A DNA stretch of 63,336 bases, counting the filler, from Lenisia limosa (taxonomy: Eukaryota > Protista > Breviatea), in the NCBI GenBank assembly GCA_001655205.1. It is 13 parts of 13 records of this genome, joined end to end, with 100 filler letters (N's around TTAATTAATTAA, not from the genome) between each part and the next. Parts side by side here need not be neighbours in the genome. Positions count along the whole stretch, not along the records: positions 12,291 to 16,514 come from LPNZ01001467.1; positions 16,615 to 19,779 come from LPNZ01001916.1; positions 19,880 to 22,666 come from LPNZ01006995.1; 10 more parts are not named here. One strand, given 5' to 3'. Of this stretch, positions 12,350 through 22,766 are shown piece by piece (the first letter of the stretch is position 1; the number at the start of each line of letters is the position of its first letter). A program made the translations under genes and the position numbers. The notes under the pieces are model-generated. The model had not been told where the DNA came from. It searched no databases and saw nothing but the letters and a program-made list of their open reading frames with translations.

Positions 12350-14200
12350 CCTCAGTGGACTCATGGAACTGGAGTGCTTTCTCCCCAGTCAGTTCACTCG
12401 GTTTCTGACGAGGACGATGACCTTGCTGCATTCGGCGGTCAAGCCCAGTTCTCCGTTCATGACACAGGGTGGGATTCGCGGTTCACTTGGTTGTGTTATT
12501 AGGACACCGCGCAATTTATTGGGAAATTGTACCGAGAGCCCCATTTCAGACACTCTTTTCCCCCAAATGTTGTTATAGTGATTAATGGTTATTGTGGAGG
12601 CAAGACCAAAGAATTTGATGGGATATGAAATTGAGATGTTCTTTCATGAGATGATGGGTAAACTGCCGGTCTATGTATTTATTTTACTTTCTATATGCAA
12701 TCTGCAAGAATGCAATGTATCGGGCTCACAATCTCCAAAATTTCCTGTGCTTCTCTCTGTAATTTCCCAGGTTTGATGCTGAAGATGACCTAAAGCCCAA
12801 GTTCAAATCCCCCAATCAAGGTAGATCTCCTGGGTTTTGGCATTCCAATTCGTAAACATACGACTCAAAATAGTGCACATTCTCATATCTTTGCTCCAAC
12901 AGCTAGATTACACTTCCGGCTATTAAAAACACGCCATACGGAAAGAGCCATTCTGAATTTAACTCAGTTTTGAGAGGGGACTTGTTCCCATGTAGCATAA
13001 AATTTCAAATTTTGAGGGGTTTTTTGAGGTTTTTTTTGTTTGTTTTTTTGTTTCATAAAATATAACAATTCCCTTCCTTGTAGCATCATCACTGGGGGCT
13101 TCTACCCAGAGACGAGCTGTCCCTCCTTCCCCTGCGCAGACTAGGAATATTCCAAAAAGTTGGAGGACGATTTTATTTGACTCTTAGTAGTAAAATGGAA
13201 TATGTGGGGGGTAACAAAGTAATGCTCTGACAGATGCCATTCATACCATCACGTTTAAAAGGTAATAATACTTCTCATCATAAATCAGTCATAATTTTAA
13301 ATAAAAAAAAAATACATATTACTTTTTAAAAAGATACTGCTAATTATGAGCTTAAGTCCTCATTGGACTTCTTTTTTAATATGAAACAATGATTGGGTGA
13401 ATTAGTAGTACTATAATACCTCTTATAAGCGTGATGTTGTGGACGGCTTCGGCCAGATGCAACCTTATTTTTTATTTCTCATTGCTATATACACTTCTAT
13501 TACGAAGGCTAATCACTACGCATACCTATCTTCACTTTAATCAAGTGTGAAACAAATCACAGAAAGCAACTGACAGGCTCAGGCATGCACTCGCGTGTAC
13601 CTTCGGAAGCAGGCAGTTTCGTTTCCGACGTAGGCTCGGAGCCACCGGCAATTCCTCCGAAGGCCGAGTCAATTCTGGACCTGCCGCACTCCAAAGACCG
13701 ATCACTCAGTGTGGCTTCGGCCACTTCGCTGCCATCACCTCATCTTGGCCATCCGTGGGGGCCGGGGGGGGGGGNNNNNNNNNNNNNNNNNNNNNNNNNN
13801 NNNNNNNNNNNNNNNNNNNNNNNNNNNNNNNNNNNNNNNNNNNNNNNNNNNNNNNNNNNNNNNNNNNNNNNNNNNNNNGGGTTGATGCTCGTACTTGTGT
13901 GAGTAGAGTTTTCCATAGTAAAGGAGCTATGAGGTTGTTGTTTAGCTGGGGAGGGGAGGGGAAGATATTCTAATACTTAGGCCACACCCCCTTATGTGTT
14001 ACTTGCCAATAGAGTTGTTTTGGGCATTTTTTTTTTAATAAATTTTCCCAGGCCCCCAGCAACAGTTACAGACACACCTTCGAAAAAAGAGGCGCGAAAG
14101 CTGGAGAAGGACCGTAAAAGACAGGAGAAGAAGGAGGCCAAGGAGGCGAAGAAGACAATTAAACTCCAGAAGAAGTCCAAGCGCAAGGGTGTTGTCGAAT
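12350..14200 (+). CDS. Hypothetical Pro/Ser-rich then Lys-rich protein fragment (about 5 exons)
   Basis: AG/GT-bounded open exons near 12350, 12772, 13084, 13578 and 14051 (e.g. PPATVTDTPSKKEARKLEKDRKRQEKKEAK). No family recognised. Confidence 0.5.
13385..13490 (+). repeat. Intronic family C (up to about 200 bp) with terminal hairpin
   Basis: Consensus ..GGCAAATGATTGGGTGAA..TCTCTTATAAGCGTGATG(G/T)TGTGGACGGCTTCGGCCAGATACAACCTTGTTTTATTTCTCATTGCTA. Copies near 90, 440, 5480, 10400, 10835, 16310, 17715, 18950, 32075, 33125, 45275, 51305, 59255, 59530, 62400-62640. Confidence 0.88.
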
Positions 14201-14579
14201 GTGGGAAAGGGGCTAAAGATCTGGTTTTTATCATTTCCCGTATATGAAACTTGTTCAATATTTTGTTTTCCATGATGATTGGTTTACTCTGATGTATGAA
14301 TTTCCATTAAACCTAAAAATTAAACCATGAAATTATATCTTTCGTTGGCTTATTGAAAAATGAGGTGTTGTTTTAAGTTAAAAGAACTCAAAGAAAACTG
14401 AACGGAAACCTATTTTTAAAAATGTTATCATAATTGTAGATATCAGGCGCTCCCAAAGGTTAAATGGTTGTCTGCATTTATACATCTTATACGGAGTAAA
14501 AACTCAAGTGTGAAATAAGGCCCCTTTGGGTATACATTGGACAAAAATACAAGTCAAAATTTTCCAAACAGGAAGATAA

Positions 14580-15178
14580 TTCAACCAAATACAAAAGCGA
14601 AATGGTTGCTCAGCTATTATCGATGACATTTTTAAGTCCTTGTGAATCGATTTGGGAACAGAACTAATATTGTATGTAGTTTACAAAAGAATATTGTAGA
14701 ACGGTCATAGCTGAAGCAGCAAATGGGCTGCGTGGATCCAAGTGTCCAAATATGATACATGGAGTTGACTGAAGGAGGCTCCGCAGTTGATGTGAGAAAG
14801 GAAATGGAAACGGTCAACGACAAGCAAGTGAAGGCACAGGAGAAGATAAGGATCGTGAATATGGAGGGTCATGGCTAAGTTACATGCATTGTCGTAAACT
14901 ATTACCGATATATCTGTATTGTAAGAAAAAATAAGGTCCAAGAACTGACAATTGCGATCTAAACCAACATACTGTCCATTGCAAATCTCTCTTGAACCCA
15001 TTGCGAATCTCTCTTGGGCCCATTGAGTCATCACTGCGGTCGACTCTGTGACCGTGAAGATCTTGGAGGCGATGACGTTACCGTAGTTGCACATTACAAC
15101 CAGGACCTGCTTCATTGAGCCTTTGTAGCCGCCTTCAACTTCATCGTTGTCACTGGTGCGCTGGTCTTCTACCATCAC
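14580..15178 (-). mobile_element. KDZ (Kyakuja-Dileera-Zisupton)-type transposase-like coding fragment
   Basis: Translation has VLVVMCNYGNVIASKIFTVTES, VIVYDNACNL and VVDRFHFLSHINC, matching the KDZ/HMGXB3-type pattern C.HG...ES, YDxAC, DxFH..H..C. A possible downstream SSIIAEQ (catalytic E-like) lies at 14606-14630. In-frame stop just upstream of 15178; no TIRs seen. Confidence 0.65.
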
Positions 15179-15849
15179 CGCGAAAGCCCATCAGGCAGCC
15201 GAGCCGCAACGGCCCGGTACGTCCAATGATCAGAAATGTTAATCAAAGCGAAGAGGGAAAACAAAATACACATAGTCGAAATTAATCCCCTGATTTAGAG
15301 AAGCTTGGAAACAAGATCCTGGTATGAGACGTGGGCAATTACTCCGACAACTCTTGAATTGTTTACTCCAACACCTAAGGCAATTGTGTCCCTATGCCTA
15401 TGCCTACCCTTCCTTGGCGTCTCCTATCCCCTTAATCTTCATCCATTCTTTTTATCTTTCTTGCCTGTTTTTCATCTCCCATCTTTAATTCCTTCGAATC
15501 TTCTTAGACATCTTCCATTTTTCAATCCTCTTTGCCTTCATTTAATCACCATTTTTCGTCTTATGTTTATCGACTTTCACTTTTCCCTTTTCTTCTCTTC
15601 TTCCTTGGGTGCATTCATCGACTCTCTCAAATAGAATTAAAAATCCAAAGAGATCAAAAAAACGTAACTCCTCCTTTTTTGAAAAGCGTTTGTGTACCCT
15701 CCCACCTTTTGATGATACACAATGATACATAATATCATATAATATACAGTATTAGTAAACAGGTATATTTTTTGGTACAAAATTTTTCTTTAATAAACAG
15801 TACTGGTTGTCCACTTTATTCGCTTTCTTTTCTATTCCTCACTCCACAG

Positions 15850-16228
15850 CTGATGTTCCTCAACCTCAAGACCAGGAGCAACCCGAGGAAGAGTTTGCTG
15901 GGCATGAAAAGGGGCACTTGTTTTCCTTTCTGTTTTTGATACACTATCAGATAATCAGTTATATATTGTGATCAAGAACGAAGTTTTTCAGTAGTTTTAT
16001 ATAGTATGTAAAAATGGCTTCAGCCTGATATGACCACTGTGAGTTTTTTTTTCTCATTTCCATTTTTTTTTTTTCTGGCTGTAGTTTATATGCCGCCTTA
16101 CCTTCGATTTGATATTTTCATATTTGTTATTTCTACCTGTTGAACACAACGCATAAGTTTACCTCGTAGGCTCCCAACACCTGAAGTGGACGAGGAAGGC
16201 TTTGTTATTGTCCCCAAAAAGACAGAGT
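15850..16228 (+). CDS. Hypothetical acidic protein exons
   Basis: ADVPQPQDQEQPEEEFAG and LPTPEVDEEGFVIVPKKTE lie between an AG and a GTGGG donor. Confidence 0.35.
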
Positions 16229-18089
16229 GGGTGTGTGTTGTGTTGTCGTTAAATCTATAGAGAGAGGGGAGTGTTACTAGTATGATAGAGTGAGGGGAAT
16301 ACCACGTGGAAGGCATATAGAAAATTTTGTGCACAGAGTTGGAAGCAAATTGGTCGAATTAACTTTATCTCTGAGCGTGATGCTGTGGCAAGATACTTTT
16401 TTATATTAACGTTTTCTCTGAGCATGATGCTATGGCCAGATACTCCCGGTTCTCATTTCTCTACCGCACCTTGTCGTCAATCAGTATTATAAATTCAGCG
16501 TGGCATTTTGATGANNNNNNNNNNNNNNNNNNNNNNNNNNNNNNNNNNNNNNNNNNNNTTAATTAATTAANNNNNNNNNNNNNNNNNNNNNNNNNNNNNN
16601 NNNNNNNNNNNNNNTCGTCATATAAGGGGGATCAAAGGTCGTCATATAATCTCTAGTCAATCATGTCAGGACTTATCAAGTATATACGTTGTCATTTTAA
16701 GCAAGGTTTCGAATAGGAAAGTTGTCTCAGATATTCGAAGCACTGCGCGTCACATTGAACGTGAATCACACCACTTTTGACTCTTTTACTCCTTTCTCAA
16801 AGTCGACCTTAGAGTCATCATCAATACAAAATAGAATAATATGCTTTTAGGGGGTCTTCTTACATACACTGTTATGTAAGAGGAGGCATCCTTGATAGGT
16901 ATACTGACTGAGAAAAGGTCTATCACTTTTTCAAGGGAAAAGGGAACTGACGGTTTAGACCTTATCATGGTCTGTATAGTATATCATAGATATAATACTC
17001 TGTATCATCTTTTCATGTTATACCACTTGGGCTTCCCTGCGGTCCAAAAAAACTGTCAAAATATCGATATTAATTGAGGATTTATCGAGAAATTCAGTCT
17101 CTTTTGGGACCGTTGGGTAGCCCTAAATACAACAAAGTAGATCTATATATGTAGCTTGATGTATGTGTATACTTTGGGGTAGAGGCAAATCTCAATCACT
17201 GTATTATTTATATTCAAATCATTTCACTTTTGGTTCATTTTCACACGTGTGAACAATAATTTTCCTGATAATTAGGAGAGCTCCAAAATAAGGAGCAAGC
17301 GGTTGTAAGTAGAACCTAACAATACAGCGTGTCATGTGATGTGAAATTTTCTTGTAATTAAAACTTCACTTCGGTTCAAAAATATTGGGAAAATATCGAT
17401 AGTTTTCGAGGATTTTTCGAAAAATTCAGTCTTTTTTCGAACCCATGTGAAGCCCTAATTGTAACAGACAATAAAAGCCGGTTTTGTACATCATTTACAA
17501 GTATGCAGTGAAATGGATCAGTCTTTGCCGAATTTCCTTGGCAAAAACACAAAGCAAATCGGTCAAGACTTGTCCTGGTCACTGTAAATGTATGTTTTTT
17601 TGGAAAATACGTCAAAACTGGTGATGGAAGGACAGAATTGCTTTTGTCTTGATACCGTGTACTGTTTTCACTTTATTGGATATTGAATCGTGTTTCAGCG
17701 AAAGATCACAGAAATGGGATATAAAATATCTGGCCGAAGCAGTCCACTACATCACGCGTATAAGAGATATTCGATAATAGAATATTCACCCAATCTCCAA
17801 GATAAGGGATCAACCAAACCTCTTGTTCACCATATCAGGATTACCATTTTTTTCAGACGCCAAAATCAGAGATTGTTGGAATTTTTTCTCATTTTCTAGA
17901 GCTTCACCTTGAACATCTTAATTGTGGCTTTCCCCATTTTTTATGGATCTCCCTTTAGTTATTAAATTAGAAACAAATGAAAACTAGTAGATGCTTGAAA
18001 CATTATTTCCTAATTACAGGAAGTTGATTTTTCGAGCCTTAACGGTTTTTGTCATCTAGCTTTTGTCTAGTTTCAGCTTTGGTTGCTCG

Positions 18090-18237
18090 TGTTTGTTATT
18101 GCTTGTTTTAGCGTTGGGTGCTCATGTTTGTTTTGTTTGGGTTGTTTTTTGTTTGTTTGGAATTTCAGATTCGGTTCGTGATTATTACTCTTAAGCTGTT
18201 ATTCTTCATCGAAATTTCCTTCGTTTTACTCCCCTAG
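18090..18237 (+). repeat. Intronic family D (type copy), forming the intron 3' end
   Basis: Consensus TTTCAGATTCGGTTCGTGATTAGTAYCTTTRCGCCAATATTCTTCATCGAAATTTCCTTCGTTTTACTCCCC(C)nAG. Other copies near 19640-19779, 35443-35660, 41262, 43311, 44036, 44960, 56956. Confidence 0.88.
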
Positions 18238-19400
18238 TATGGAACCATCAGTGTGCTTCCGACTTGACAATATTCCGCATACTGATTACCACCAGGTAGG
18301 AGCTGGGACTTTATTGCGATCTTTTTTGAGCATTTTGGGCCATTTTTGGGGACTACTAGAGGGTCATTTCATTCAAAAAAGACTGAATTCTCGATAAATA
18401 TTCATCTATATTTTTGAGGCTATGTCTTTTGGTTTGGAACCGAAAGTGAAGCTCTAGACAATATTTCGGACAATAAAGATGATATCTAGATACATGGTGT
18501 TGGTAGGGCTTCACATCCAATTACCCCCCCTCCTCAGCTATTTGTCCGCACCGCACCCGAGGACTTCGTGACACACAAGGACAGTCGCGATATTTTCCTG
18601 ACCCATTCTGATGCCCGGGCCTGGCTTGGAGATGAAAAACACCGTAAGACCTGGCTTGGGGATAAAAAAAAACATCTTAAGGGGGGGGGGGGGNNNNNNN
18701 NNNNNNNNNNNNNNNNNNNNNNNNNNNNNNNNNNNNNNNNNNNNNNNNNNNNNNNNNNNNNNNNNNNNNNNNNNNNNNNNNNNNNNNNNNNNNNNNNNNN
18801 NNNNNNNNNNNNNNNNNNNNNNNNNNNNNNNNNNNNNNNNNNNNNNNNNNNNNNNNNNNNNNNNNNNNNNNNNNCCCTATCAAAAACAGTCCCTATCGTC
18901 ATCTCCCGATACCAAGGAGGGTCAAAAGACCCAAAAAGTGTTTTCATTATTAATGGGGTGGACGACTTTGGCCAGATACTGTTATTGATATATATTAACA
19001 TGATGGTTTCTTACTTTTCCTTTAAGAAAAGCTCAGTATACGTGTCAAAACTTATGGAGGTCACTATGTGCAAGGCTTCGGCTGGTGTTCTCTTTATATC
19101 TTGAATTTCTTCTTCGTTTTCATTTAATCTGTTCACTTTTCAGAATTCTCCTCTCTGGGTGAACATATACGTCAACAATTTCCAACTGTCAATACCCTTT
19201 TTGGTAAGTGGTGTTGAAGTTTCCCTTTTTAGTAGGCGCTCTAGATGAAGCAGATATCTTTTCCTCTATATTTCTATTTTTATAGCCTTTTAAAAATAAT
19301 GAAAACAGCAACTAAATCAGCAGGAATCGTTTCAATACCTGATGAACTTCATCTGAGAACGGCCATTCGCGATACCTATGTTTTGGTCCACCAAAGGGAT
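18238..19400 (+). CDS. Hypothetical spliced protein fragment
   Basis: Exon-like blocks LFVRTAPEDFVTHKDSRDIFLTHSDARAWLGDEKH, VISRYQGGSKDPKSVFIIN and NSPLWVNIYVNNFQLSIPFF follow family-D and C-run acceptors. Confidence 0.45.
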
Positions 19401-20079
19401 TGCACCGTAACGCACCGTTTCATAGTACCGATACCCACTTTGTGTCGTTGGAGGGGTGCTTTGTNNNNNNNNNNNNNNNNNNNNNNNNNNNNNNNNNNNN
19501 NNNNNNNNNNNNNNNNNNCACTTCGGTTCGAAAAAACCCCAGTGAAGTTTCGATAGTTTTCGAGGATTTATCGAGAAATTCAGTCTTTTTTCGAACGGAA
19601 GTGAAACTGTGACAATGCTCCTCTGCCCCTACCGCCTTTACTCCGTTATCACTCGGGCTTGGTTTTATTGTAATGTTTTTGTCATATGGTTTTTGTCTTG
19701 TTATTGGTTGTTTGTATTTGTTTGGGCTTTCAGATTATTTGGTTCGTGATAAGTACCTTTGCGCCAATATTCTTCATCGNNNNNNNNNNNNNNNNNNNNN
19801 NNNNNNNNNNNNNNNNNNNNNNNTTAATTAATTAANNNNNNNNNNNNNNNNNNNNNNNNNNNNNNNNNNNNNNNNNNNNTGAGAAATTTCTACGTTTTCC
19901 TCTAAAGTCATACTGAAATTGGATTTTGTTCGCACTCAGATGGATGATCTCACAGGTTGGTGTTCGCACTCACGACTTATATGATATGATATTATACATA
20001 TATTTCGAGGATTAATCGAGAAAATTAGTCTTTTGTTTTCGGACCGAAGGGAAGCCGTATAGCCCCCTCCCCCCCCACC

Positions 20080-22431
20080 ACCACCTGCTTCTGTTCGTTA
20101 GCCTTGCGCATTTCGTTGATTCGGGCCTGGTCCTGAGCCTTGATTTTTGTCACAATCTCGTTGTAGTCCTTCAGAGCCTTCTGGTCCTTCGGGAGTGAAA
20201 ATGAAAGTTTAAGAGAGAGAAAAAAAGTACCCTGAATCAAAATGTGAGGGGTAATGTACTCCCTGCAAATAATAATTGAAGAAATTGAATTCAAATTTTG
20301 CAATTAATTTCCAATTAATTGCACAGAACCCTAAATATTTATAAAACAATAAAACAAACAAAAAAAAAAGCCAAGAACAAACGATATTAATTACCCCCCC
20401 CCCNNNNNNNNNNNNNNNNNNNNNNNNNNNNNNNNNNNNNNNNNNNNNNNNNNNNNNNNNNNAGGAGTGCGCCCATCTCTTCATTTCTCCGAACATCTAG
20501 AAGGAATCATATTGAGCTTAGCAAAATAATTGGTACTCCATGGAATTAATTGAAAGGATAAGTTCAAAATTTGAAGCGTGTCATATTGTAATGGGAAATC
20601 CATTTCAGACGCTTTAATTTCAAAAATTGTTAATTAATTAAATTTGTCAATTAATTTCAAAATTTGTTTTAACATTACTTGCACGAAGTCCTATCGATGT
20701 TTTAGGAAGGAAGTGGATTCCTGGTAGGGCTTCAGTCCAATCCAGACAATGATTGAATATCTCGATTAATCATCGATATATTTCGATAGCTTACTGGTGT
20801 GATACCACATAGCAAAATAAAATAAAAAGCCAAAGAAACGTAGCCATTCTTTGAATATACTGTATTTGTTCCTGATTTTATTAAATACAGTGATCGGGAT
20901 AAGTCTTGACCGATTTGCTAGATTTCCCAAGGAAAATCGGTTAAGATTCAACCCGGTCACTGTATGTATGTACATTGAACGCGATAAGTCCTAACACGAT
21001 TGGCCAATGTCCGTTTCAGGACTCATCCCGGTCAGCGTAAATGCATTTTATTCCACTGGTTATAAAGGTTCTGCAACTGATGTTAGTTCAAAACATTGAT
21101 TATTTTGAAAACTTGTGATCATTCCTATTGAAACTATCACTTCCTTTCTTATTCGACTATGATAGTGTAAGGATACTGAGGTCGGTATCTTGAAAGCCAG
21201 GATTGTAGTGTCAGGAGGACAACCATGTTGGACGATTGTGTATAGGGTTAGATCCCACAACACCTACCCTTTATGGAGCCCTATTGTATATTGAAGAAAC
21301 ATATAGAGCCTAGTTTAGGAGTAAACCTGGGATGAGGAGGGTGGGCTCAAAAATATTTCAAAAGAGGAATTGTTATTCAAATTTTTTGGTAAATCTCAAT
21401 GAACTGAAATAGTCTCTTAACATTTTATGATATTAAATTGTGTGATTATGTAATATGTTGCTGCTATCATTGTTTACATCCCTCTTTACCTGAAATAAAA
21501 ATATCATTAAACACACTGCTCAAATAAATAGTTCTGCCATACCTTGGGACTGCTTGACCTTCGTCATTTGTTCCAACAACTGATCACGATCTTTGATCAT
21601 TTCCACTAGGCGCTCGTGTGCCCGTGCGTTGTCATCGAGCGTGGCTTTGGAGTTGGTAAAATACTCCTCCTTCATGACTTTAAGCTTGGCCTTCTGAGCC
21701 TCCTTCTGCACTGCATTTTCGGCCAGATAATGCTGACGAGTGGCGTTGACTTGTTGCATAACATTCTGGAGTTGAGCCAGTTCTTGATACAAAGCATTCT
21801 GCGTGATTTGATCCTGTGCAGCCGCGAGTTGTTGCGTGATAGCGTGATATTGCGTCGTTTGGCTCTCCAGCATTCCGCCGTAGTAGTCCTCAATTTGCTG
21901 GGCATTCACGTCGAACTTTTCGTTCAAATTGGCCTCGTATGTGTCATACTGCTTCGAAATGCTCACATGTTGGACCTGTGGTGTGTTAGTATTTTAATGT
22001 TGTATTTTGCTGTTATGGATTCCGTTGTATTCTTCTGCTGAATGGACGATCAGATGGTTGTAGGAATTCACTTTCGCTTCCAAAAGACGAGAAAAATATC
22101 GATATTTATCGATAATTTATCGAGAATTCAGTCTTTTTTGGAACCGAAAGTGAAGCCCAAGATATACACTCACGAAATCCTCGATAATACCCCTCATGAA
22201 ATAAGACCGACATGTGCATATCCATATATCCCCCCGCACCATCATATCTTCGACACTTGGTAGCGACTCGCTTTCCTTGTTAATAGCGTCGTTGAGGGCC
22301 TCGAGTGGCGCAACATACTTCTTATGGAAGTCCTCAAGCTCGATGGCGTGGGTGTTTTCGAGCCGCGTGACCTCCGATGCGTCGTTTTGCGCTGCCGCCG
22401 GCGTGTTGACGAGAACGGGCCGGTCCGGCAT
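20080..22431 (-). CDS. Coiled-coil protein fragment
   Basis: Open exons 22431-22255, 21966-21540 and 20190-20088 are Q/E/K/A-rich and helical, with GT/AG borders. Confidence 0.6.
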
Positions 22432-22766
22432 GGGGGNNNNNNNNNNNNNNNNNNNNNNNNNNNNNNNNNNNNNNNNNNNNNNNNNNNNNNNNNNNNNNNN
22501 NNNNNNNNNNNNNNNNNNNTTATTAGTTCATTAGTTCATTAGTTGTATTAAGAGTTATTAAGTTGTTGTAGGTTAAATATGTTATAACGTTGGAGAAGTT
22601 AAGAAACAAAAAAGCCTAGATAAACTCTGTTGGCTGACAGCATACGAGGGTTGATAACAACAAAACNNNNNNNNNNNNNNNNNNNNNNNNNNNNNNNNNN
22701 NNNNNNNNNNTTAATTAATTAANNNNNNNNNNNNNNNNNNNNNNNNNNNNNNNNNNNNNNNNNNNN

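Noticed and set aside
13430-13470. SECIS, box C/D snoRNA or hammerhead ribozyme reading of the family C hairpin
   Set aside because: The helix above the G.A pairs is only 3 bp with no AAR loop; no box D partner; no CUGAUGA/GAAA core.
15890-15910. GC-AG intron after EEEFAG
   Set aside because: The phase fits, but the donor is weak and the host gene unverified.
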